A program made the translations under genes and the position numbers. DNA of 64,000 nt from Tubiluchus corallicola. Lineage: Eukaryota > Animalia > Priapulida. The stretch lies in NCBI GenBank assembly GCA_030141605.1, contig JAQGDQ010000139.1:454614-518613 (forward strand), in the 5' to 3' direction. A model generated the notes under the pieces. That model did not search any database, was not told the origin of the DNA, and worked only from the letters and a program-made list of their open reading frames with translations. Positions 1 to 64,000 of this stretch are shown in pieces (the first letter of the stretch is position 1; the number at the start of each line of letters is the position of its first letter).

Positions 1-526
1 TTTTCAGCTGGTTATTTTTGTAGTTATTTATTCACACATCTGAGGTAATTAGATGCTACTAAGGCAGTGAAGGTGGAGCAAATTTAAGCAAAGCATTTAT
101 GTACTCTAATCATGGTGGTCTGTGATTTTATGCTTCTGTGATCTTCCCTTGTATTTTCCACTGGCTTTACTGCTGTGTTGTTTCCATGCCATTCTTTTTA
201 GTGTGATTTTTACCTTCTACATTTATCTGAAGATAAACTAACATTTATCTGAAGATAAACTATAACAGGTAGTTTGAGACATTGTGCTCTTTTGTGCTTG
301 TGGTTTCTTTCATAATAAAAGTTTGATTCTCTCATCATCAGTGAAGATTTATTGCTTTTTTAATTATGATGAGATTCTTTTATTAATGAATGACAGAAAT
401 AAAAGAGTTTTGCAAGTCAGCAAAAAAATACAAAAATGAATAACATAAAATACAATGTAAAGACAAGCAAAGCAAAGTGGAAAATAACATGAACACAAAG
501 AGCAATACAGTATATTAATGGATCAC

Positions 527-54110
<53,584 letters not shown>

Positions 54111-55934
54111 CAGGATTGCTGCAGGCTTACAGTGCTAATTGTACATCAGTCTAATAATCGGTACCAGAGCTAAAAACAGCAAAAAAATAAAAATACTTAT
54201 TGCATATATCAGTGTATCATGATACACTTTAAGTTTAATGACAGCTTCATTATATAGTATATGTTTTTGTACAAGTTTGCTAAACATACAGTAAGAACAA
54301 TTGCATCAACCTGAAATTTAAACTTCATTATTTGTAAATTCCACATACCACATCTGTACTACTACATACTACCCAGAAAAGATCTAGTCAAATGTAAGAT
54401 TTTATTAGCAACATTTGCCTATGCAGTATACATTAAGCTATCCAACCAAACATTATCAAAGATCCTCTGCAAATCACAACACATAGCCAGGCAGACAAAC
54501 ACAGCTGAGAATAAGGGTCAACTTGCTCTCATGATCAACTTCTTTTTTCAGTAATAAATATGCCAACAAACACATAATCTGTCTTATCCATTTTTCTCTA
54601 TTCAATAACCAAAATTTTTTTTCTTCTCCTAACAACAAATTCTATTCGCCGATTCGGCGACACTACCTGTCCACAAAATGACATATTACCAAGAACAATT
54701 TTGTAAATGCAAAAAATCACAAAGATTAGGTTATACAACATAACAAGCATTGTGCTAATGTAAATTACAACTCAGGAACAACTTCCTACAATTTAAATTC
54801 ATTTTAAAACATCACATACCAGTGATCCACACAGGATACTGCAATCTGTTTTACAAAGGGCATATAAACATAACCTTACAATATATGTTATCATGCCGGA
54901 ATGTTTACAACCAAAAGCAGACATGTAAGAAACTATACGAAAAAACTATTTATCATTAACTAAAATGGTTTTGAAACTTATATGAATAACTAGCTCATTC
55001 AGATTTCTTTCCATAAACAATAGAAAGAACAAAGAACTAAGTTAATCTGGGTTACAATTTTGTAAAATTATACATGTATCAGCACAAATGCAATGACACT
55101 TCATTTAGCCTTTGAATTATTTGTGAGACACTTTCCTCCAATTTTTGCGCCGTGATTGTTCAGTTAAAAAAATCTTAACACGTGCACTTAACAAATATAT
55201 TGTTGGCTACTAGTTCTATAATGCATGCTGTGTTTCGACACCTTCTCGTAAAATTCGTGTCACTGCAAACTCACAATTTTATCAAATAAACATAAATATA
55301 AATTAATTCAAATTAAACTTCTTTATTCAGTAAGAAATATGCTAACAAACACCGTCGTCTTATTTCATTTTGCTAACAACAAAGAAATTCAGTTAGCCAT
55401 GCTTTTACACTACTCCAAACATATGTCTCATATACAACTGTAAGAGCACTATGGCTTCAATTGTGCCAACACTCCCCTCTGTCGCATTAGTTACATCCTA
55501 CTTGTGATGTAGGCATTACTACTTAACTGTTAGCCTCCGCCCAATCTGTTCTTCCCTGTTGTAAGGCAGATGTAACATTACCACCTTTAGCTGATAAGTC
55601 TGTTGGTATGAAACTACTTTACTGTTTTCAATAAAATAGTTTATTTTGCACAAATATGTGCAGTTCTGGTGTTTCCTGTTAGGGACTTTGCACAACATCT
55701 AGTTTTGGTTAAGTATCTAGTTTTTGTGTTTCAGTATTTTGTGTAATTCATAATTATGTAATTTGTAATTAATATTTGCAACCTGATTTCGTGTTTTAAT
55801 AATAATTGTAGCATGCTTTGTATCTAGTTTGTTGTACTTTTTGTGGTGTTTGTATCTGCCACACTTTGCATGTATTTTTGGCTTAGCTTAATCTTTAAAA
55901 GGCCTTGTACAATATACACATGTAGTTTTTAGAT

Positions 55935-56720
55935 ACTCACGTTTTTCTGATATCCCTAATTTTTATTTCACTGGACGCAATTGTCTTCAGCAGAGCTTTG
56001 TTTCAAAACAACTACACTGAGAACTGTCATTTATGCAATTCTTTTTATGACAAATAAAGAGTCCATTACTACTACTACTACTACAACTCTCTCTCTCTCT
56101 TCTACTACTACCACTACTACTACTGCTACCAAGTAGAGCCAGTAAACCAATAGTTATTATCAAACCGAAGAAAACGGTACTACCGTTAATGTTTAGATTA
56201 TTCACATAATTTCAAATCACATACACGAAATCGAAACAATTTTTGTTGCTTTTATGCACAGCACCGTGAATAAGCCATGCGTCCGCCGTGCACGTTATGC
56301 TAATACAAAAAGTTTCTCAAATGGCAGTGCAATTTCCATACATAATATAGCAATTTCCATTCAAATGGTGAAATCCTGTTTATTTTTGTTTACTGTACCC
56401 ACGTGGTAACCGTCAAGTACACAAGGTAGCCAGCGACTCGTGCAACATAGCTTCCAGTTCGATTCAATTTTGTTCATTTCAAGCTAGTCATTGCGCTAAG
56501 TCACGTTTTTTTAAATTTGCGATATCACTTTTCAAGTAAAACGATTAGATAATACAAAGTTCTACGAAATGCTAGAGGCATTTCGCTGTAAAATTTGTTT
56601 TTTCACCATTGCCGGATTATATCCTTCTGAGGCCCCCTAGCAAGGCTAACGAACGACATTACGGGGCTCCTGCAGACAAACACCCCAGCTGAAACGCGCC
56701 CACACCCATGTTTACCCGTA
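55935..56720 (-). promoter_or_regulatory. Candidate TEP1 promoter and 5' non-coding exon
   Basis: Minus-strand donor GTGAGT at 55940-55935; acceptor tttttag at 54171-54170 just upstream of the ATG; CpG-enriched stretch at 56260-56720. Confidence 0.35.
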
Positions 56721-56917
56721 TTTTAACAATATTCACACAGCTTAAAGTAAATAAATAAATCTAAATAAAAACCTATTCAAATTCCTTACATAAACCAGAA
56801 CAGTTACGTTTTGTTCATCATTCAAAATATTATTTAAGAAATATTGCTATTTTACTATTTATTGTAAACCAAATTAGCACATAATAATAAATATCATTCC
56901 AATGCAACGGTAGTGAT

Positions 56918-57100
56918 ATAGCCATACTCTGCTGTAGGCATTGCTCGCATTAGATGTTTTACACATAGCCATACTCTTCAAATTAGATGTTTTACACATA
57001 ACCACACTCTGCTGTTAATTTTGCTCACATTAAATGTTTCACACATAACCATACTCTGTTGTTAATTTTGCTCACATTAGATGTTTCACACATATCCGTA
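56918..57100. repeat. ~47-bp minisatellite (~4 copies)
   Basis: Unit cataaccatactctgctgttaattttgctcacattagatgtttcaca. Confidence 0.85.
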
Positions 57101-59719
57101 CTATTAAAATCAAAACAAATTTTGAAGATAATTATTGATCAAGCTTATGTTCGATATTTAACAGTTAGAAATATTTGTTGGCTAGCAAAGCCTATAAAAC
57201 TAAAGTGGCGTCTGTATTTATATCTTTATTAATGTCCAACTATCAAAGTAAGTTTATGGGTTACTTGCCTGCGAATTAACTCTGTGTAGTGGTCTGTTCT
57301 GCTGAAATGCCGTACTTGTTCTCGTCTTATTGTTGTTCGGGTAATAAGTTTTTAGCCAAATTTTTTTACTGTGACATCAGTATAGAATAAGGCTTTTAAC
57401 TGTTTTGCTATGTGCACGCACGGTTGCTGTAGGTAAGAGGTTAAGTGAACCCCATCAGTACGTTTTAACTACAACTGCTGCATGACATGTGGGTAAAAGA
57501 AAGCCGCTGCTGCATCAGTTCAGTAACTTTAGTTGGCGATGCTATTTCCTTGTAGTTTTACGAGGACTTTGTTTAATTATACATTAGTCTAAACAATGTA
57601 GAGTGACTTACTAGCAGGATCTTGATTTGGAACAAGAAAAAATGAACTAGCTGTGGTTCTAGCTAACTGTTAAAACTGTTACTATTACATTAGCATGGGC
57701 TGTGAAGCATTAGGAAGTGTACACAAATGCATTTTCTGGTTCACTCTAACCTTTGACCCTTTCGTGATCATCATCAATCTCTGGAATTGTGAAAAGGCTT
57801 ATTATTCTGTATTCTGAATTTTTGTAAAAAAAACAAACTTCATAACATGTCATATTCACAAACAAACGGATTCACGCCAACAATGGCATTCTAAAGGACA
57901 TATCTATGCAGTTGGTTGAAAAGTTCAATTACACCCTGCCATGAAGCAGTATGTAGAAATTTGCAATCATTTTATTGTAAAACTTATACAATGTTCACAG
58001 ATGATGGTGGAATGTAGAATAGCTGCATAACTTGTTTCGTGGCCATAAAAATTCTCTCCACACACAGTGGCATAAAAGCAACAAACAATTTATTGAGAAA
58101 ACCTTGCACTCAAAACATAACCTTTAACATTGCTGTCTAATCACATGACCAGACATACAAGTTCCTATTGGAAGGTACATTAAATTCATGCATACAGACC
58201 ATAAATGGAAAGGTCACCTATACTCTACAGACTACTAGTTAAACCAAAATCAAAGTCTACTTGGCTTCTTTGATAGCAGAATAAAGATTATTGGTTTTCA
58301 GAAGGCTGTGTTATAATGTTATAATTTTTCTCTATTTAAATTTGAATAAGAGAGTTAGAACCAGAATTAAAGCATGAAATTAACAACCTAATTACTCTGA
58401 TTAATGACTATTTCTAAAAGCAAAAGGAAACAGTATTTAGAAACAAAAAATCACTCTCTGAGAAACTTTGTACAATTAGAGTGTAGATGGCAGCATAGAC
58501 TAAATCAGTGCTTCAGTGTAGTAGACTGACAATTAAATGGATCACATAATACCACAATCGCGTACTCGGTACAATATGCGACACAGTAGGCACGTCTCAT
58601 TGTTTATACACAAAAATAGAGCAAAACTGTAACAGAGTGTATAAGCGAGTAACCTAATGCTTTGCATTCCAGACTAGTTTAACACTTATATCTAGATTGC
58701 AAGGTTTCTGATTTTTATGTACATTTTGCCAGGCTATGAATTTATACATCAGATTATGCTTTATTAGGCGAGACTTTAAACTGCAGTATAATATAAAGTC
58801 GGTCATTATTGCGCTACTGTAAGAATATTCAAGTCTGTTCTTGATGTGTTTCAGGATAATTACGAGTAATCGTTCTCATATTGTCAAGCTTCCTTGTGAT
58901 ATGGCGAGTACTGTGCACATTTGTTCTTTACATTCAGAAAATACCTCAAATTGTATTAGTATAACAAATAAAGGCACCCTGAGATTTGTTTTCGTGACTT
59001 TGTCTGATGGGTACAGTTGATTGAATGTTGATTTTCTTTAAACAAAAGTTTGTTGGTACGACGTTTTATACTCTGCATGCTGTTTTGCATTTTGTGAGAC
59101 TAATGAAGTTTTCACTAGCTTAGTTTGAGTAGTTCGTTGCTTGCATTCTTTTGTGTTATCCGATAACACATCATTATTTATGCCTCAGATCATTGATTAA
59201 GTTAATATTTGGTTTTTCCTGGGACTGATCATCTTGTACAATGTTGACTCTCCATTGATTGTTTTTGTGATTGGTCTTGTGTATTTGTACATATTTTGGG
59301 GTTCCGTCAAATTTTGTACTATTGGCTGTAACCATTTATTAGTTTGTATGTTAATCAATTAATATTCCAATTAAAGAAAGACGTGTAATTACTAAATTAG
59401 AAGATGAATTACTAAATGTGAATATTCTGATGAAAAATGAATGATAATCAGGCCTTGCATTTTCACTTGCTGTGCATTAACTGGCATTCTCTTAAATGTG
59501 ATTAATGTTTGTTTAATATAAGCTAATTAACTCTCCCCCAATTACCTATTGCCTCACTTTCGAGGCTCAGTTCCGAACGCTAGAGAACCAGAGACTGTGC
59601 AGAGACAGAGTTTGATTTCATTCATGTAGTCTTTCAGACAACTCAGCTTCTAAAATCACCCTTTTTTCTAGTATTTGTTTATCCTGATACATAATCTTTA
59701 GTATACTGCTAGCAGCCAT

Positions 59720-59985
59720 CGGTAGATTCTACTCAAATTAGATGGCCGTGACGAGACCGATGCCTAACTCATTATTCAAGGGTATACCTCTTGGATAAGC
59801 CATTGAACTGGCATGGGTCCCAGCCACATTAAGATGAGTATGCATCTTCCCTCTACAAGGCAAACAGCCGTGGTGAATATGGCGAATGAAACCGCCCAGA
59901 ATGAGAATTGTAGTTGGCCACCAAGACAAGGTCACTGGGGCATCCACATTGCCGCAAAAGTATGCGAGCATTTGATATCATTATA
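59720..59985 (-). mobile_element. SINE-like family 1 copy
   Basis: Minus strand ggcggtttcattcgcca..ccacggctgtttgccttgtagaggga..cccttgaataatgagttagg. Confidence 0.55.
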
Positions 59986-60489
59986 TATAGATGTTATGGA
60001 ACTCATTGCATTTTTGTGTATTGTAGACGCTGTCTTTCATGAAAACACCATATCAATTTTTACTCCTGAGTAGTCCACCTGCCAAAGAAGCCATATTTAA
60101 GAGTTTGAAAGATAGACATGGAAGTACGTTTGCATTTCAGTGAGTAGATCTTTAGTCATTAAACTGTACCGTTTTCGTGGTTATTTATAGTCTGCTGCTT
60201 TTATCTTGTGATGTACCGAATTGTTCATTTGAATGTACAATTGTTGAATCTAACGATTTTCTTGTGTTACAGCCATTGCACTGATTCATTACTTAGGATG
60301 TACTGTTTTGATAGTTTTTGTAGTTTTGAAATACTTTTGTAGTTTTTATTACTGTCTTTATCTGAGAATCTAAGTAATATAAAAATTTATAGGGATTATA
60401 ATGGAAATAAGGGTATGTTCCCTTTTCATAACCTTGAGTATAATAATTTTTTAATTGCTTTGTACTCAGATAGTATCTCTTTATCTGTA

Positions 60490-60491
<2 letters not shown>

Positions 60492-60563
<72 letters not shown>

Positions 60564-61368
60564 ACTCGCTTTCCTCCCTCCCTCTTTCCTCTTCTTTCTC
60601 TTTCTCCCTATATCACTCTTTCCCTCTTGCATGCACTCTTTTTTTCTCTATCTGGTTCTTTTTCTTGTGCTCATTCTATCTGTGTGTCACCTCTCTTTTT
60701 ACTGCTTTTGTCAATAATTATTAAACATACATATTGTCAAATCCCAGTAATACCATTTTCAAGGAAACAAAACATTTTTTCATATTAAGCGGGTTTCGTA
60801 CCATTACACGGATTTTTACTCCTATGTAACTTAGCAATTAACCAATTGGTAATCTCTACATCAGTTTTCTTTTGATAGCTTGTTTAACCCCCGTTTCGCA
60901 TATGAACAAACTGCAAAATTATACCAATGTATTGTAATTCAGTTGCTCAGGTTAGTCTAAAGAAAAGTCTGTAAGCAAAGGGTTAGTGGTAGCAGAGAGT
61001 CTGCAGTATGTTGCTTTATGCTGCTGCCGCATCTGTAATGTAATACATCACAATGTTAAATGTCCAACTACGCAACAAAATGTTACTAGAACTGCTGCTA
61101 TGTATTGCAAGTGGATATGCGTAAGTGAGGCCTTGCTATTTTTGGGAAGCCAGTCTGTAACAAATATATGTAAGGGCATTTTAAACTATAAGGGCGAATT
61201 TTCATTATAGTGGGAAGCGTTTTGCACATCAACAACTTGACTGCAGGCAGTTGTTTGTACACTCATTTTAATGATTAATTTTTAATTATAAACTATAGAA
61301 CTTTTTATTGTGAAAAAAATCCGTCAAAGTAGAAGTAGCTGTAATTATCTCATATTTTATTACTTGAA
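60492..61368 (-). repeat. Duplication segment A: inverted copy of ~52714-53590 (TEP1 intron 1)
   Basis: Reverse-complement identity; ORF 60986-61210 is identical to 52872-53096; segment starts inside a (CT)n tract. Confidence 0.95.
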
Positions 61369-61725
61369 ATTAGTTTGTGAGTCTTCATCGCTAAGTTTTA
61401 ACTGATACAGAGGTAAAACGTCTGTATCAGTTTTTAATAATTTTTGTGTGTCTTCTTTAGTATCACGTGCAATGTCACTTGTATGAGTAGGAGCAGCTGA
61501 AACTGTAAAATGGTATATGCATATTATGTAGGCTACCATAAGTATTAATACCTGACGAGATGAAAAATACAAAAAGTATGTATACCAGACATGTGGATAA
61601 AAAAATTAGAATTTTCCAAAATTATAATATTATGAACACGGCAAATGCAGTCAAACTCTATAAAAAGTAATATATTTATTTCTGTGTCAAATATACGCCT
61701 GTCTAATCAAATGAATATTTTGAAT
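61363..61725 (+). repeat. Duplication segment B: direct copy of 51850-52212 (includes 5' part of TEP1 exon 2 and its acceptor)
   Basis: 363-bp identity; ORF 61360-61572 equals the N-terminal part of ORF 51727-52059 and is truncated at the junction. Confidence 0.95.
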
Positions 61726-64000
61726 GATGAACAAAACGTAACTGTTCTGGTTTATGTAAGGAATTTGAATAGGTTTTTATTTAGATTTATTTATTTACTT
61801 TTGCTGTGTGAATATTGTTAAAATACGGGTAAACATGGGTGTGGGCGCGTTTCAGCTGGGGTGTTTGTCTGCAGGAGCCCCGTAATGTCGTTCGTTAGCC
61901 TTGCTAGGGCCTCAGAAGGATATAATCCGGCAATGGTGAAAAAACAAATTTTACAGCGAAATGCCTCTAGCATTTCGTAGAACTTTGTATTATCTAATCG
62001 TTTTACTTGAAAAGTGATATCGCAAATTTAAAAAAACGTGACTTAGCGCAATGACTAGCTTGAAATGAACAAAATTGAATCGAACTGGAAGCTATGTTGC
62101 ACGAGTCGCTGGCTACCTTGTGTACTTGACGGTTACCACGTGGGTACAGTAAACAAAAATAAACAGGATTTCACCATTTGAATGGAAATTGCTATATTAT
62201 GTATGGAAATTGCACTGCCATTTGAGAAACTTTTTGTATTAGCATAACGTGCACGGCGGACGCATGGCTTATTCACGGTGCTGTGCATAAAAGCAACAAA
62301 AATTGTTTCGATTTCGTGTATGTGATTTGAAATTATGTGAATAATCTAAACATTAACGGTAGTACCGTTTTCTTCGGTTTGATAATAACTATTGGTTTAC
62401 TGGCTCTACTTGGTAGCAGTAGTAGTAGTGGTAGTAGTAGAAGAGAGAGAGAGAGTTGTAGTAGTAGTAGTAGTAATGGACTCTTTATTTGTCATAAAAA
62501 GAATTGCATAAATGACAGTTCTCAGTGTAGTTGTTTTGAAACAAAGCTCTGCTGAAGACAATTGCGTCCAGTGAAATAAAAATTAGGGATATCAGAAAAA
62601 CGTGAGTATCTAAAAACTACATGTGTATATTGTACAAGGCCTTTTAAAGATTAAGCTAAGCCAAAAATACATGCAAAGTGTGGCAGATACAAACACCACA
62701 AAAAGTACAACAAACTAGATACAAAGCATGCTACAATTATTATTAAAACACGAAATCAGGTTTCAAATATTAATTACAAATTACATAATTATGAATTACA
62801 CAAAATACTGAAACACAAAAACTAGATACTTAACCAAAACTAGATGTTGTGCAAAGTCCCTAACAGGAAACACCAGAACTGCACATATTTGTGCAAAATA
62901 AACTATTTTATTGAAAACAGTAAAGTAGTTTCATACCAACAGACTTATCAGCTAAAGGTGGTAATGTTACATCTGCCTTACAACAGGGAAGAACAGATTG
63001 GGCGGAGGCTAACAGTTAAGTAGTAATGCCTACATCACAAGTAGGATGTAACTAATGCGACAGAGGGGAGTGTTGGCACAATTGAAGCCATAGTGCTCTT
63101 ACAGTTGTATATGAGACATATGTTTGGAGTAGAGTTCATTTTTAGTGTAAAAGCATGGCTAACTGAATTTCTTTGTTGTTAGCAAAATGAAATAAGACGA
63201 CGGTGTTTGTTAGCATATTTCTTACTGAATAAAGAAGTTTAATTTGAATTAATTTATATTTATGTTTATTTGATAAAATTGTGAGTTTGCAGTGACACGA
63301 ATTTTACGAGAAGGTGTCGAAACACAGCATGCATTATAGAACTAGTAGCCAACAATATATTTGTTAAGTGCACGTGTTAAGATTTTTTTAACTGAACAAT
63401 CACGGCGCAAAAATTGGAGGAAAGTGTCTCACAAATAATTCAAAGGCTAAATGAAGTGTCATTGCATTTGTGCTGATACATGTATAATTTTACAAAATTG
63501 TAACCCAGATTAACTTAGTTCTTTGTTCTTTCTATTGTTTATGGAAAGAAATCTGAATGAGCTAGTTATTCATATAAGTTTCAAAACCATTTTAGTTAAT
63601 GATAAATAGTTTTTTCGTATAGTTTCTTACATGTCTGCTTTTGGTTGTAAACATTCCGGCATGATAACATATATTGTAAGGTTATGTTTATATGCCCTTT
63701 GTAAAACAGATTGCAGTATCCTGTGTGGATCACTGGTATGTGATGTTTTAAAATGAATTTAAATTGTAGGAAGTTGTTCCTGAGTTGTAATTTACATTAG
63801 CACAATGCTTGTTATGTTGTATAACCTAATCTTTGTGATTTTTTGCATTTACAAAATTGTTCTTGGTAATATGTCATTTTGTGGACAGGTAGTGTCGCCG
63901 AATCGGCGAATAGAATTTGTTGTTAGGAGAAGAAAAAAAATTTTGGTTATTGAATAGAGAAAAATGGATAAGACAGATTATGTGTTTGTTGGCATATTTA
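61714..64000 (-). repeat. Duplication segment C: inverted copy of 54555-56831 (TEP1 upstream region), continues beyond window
   Basis: Reverse-complement near-identity over ~2.3 kb with a few indels/substitutions; ORF 62337-62555 is identical to 55987-56205. Confidence 0.95.

Noticed and set aside
57100-59700. Protein-coding gene in the spacer between the inverted arms
   Set aside because: Only short ORFs with no recognisable motif or exon chain; may be decayed TE sequence.

Overview
AT-rich, intron-rich eukaryotic DNA, most likely from an invertebrate animal. About 54 kb of the window is one minus-strand gene, TEP1 (telomerase/vault-associated protein 1). I reconstructed 41 GT-AG coding exons by hand, with consistent phases, from ATG 54110 down to 527. 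They give ~2387 codons in the order low-complexity N-terminus, TROVE, vWA-like, DUF4062, NACHT, WD40 repeats; the 3' end probably lies left of the window. The 11.3-kb intron 13 hosts an antisense nested gene (33403-35698, two coding exons, ~411 aa) encoding a signal peptide, one FN3 domain, a TM helix and a Pro/Tyr-motif-rich tail. Upstream of TEP1, 60492-64000 is a mosaic of three near-identical copies of TEP1 5' DNA (inverted, direct, inverted) joined at a (CT)n tract and at 6-bp and 12-bp microhomologies. This is a template-switching (FoSTeS/MMBIR-like) signature and places a mirror copy of the putative TEP1 promoter facing out of the window. Introns also carry pogo-, piggyBac- and hAT-like non-autonomous elements, tRNA-derived SINE-like repeats, a fold-back twin-tRNA-like element, two minimal hammerhead-ribozyme-like motifs, and mini/microsatellites. 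All calls were made by eye; no database search was run.
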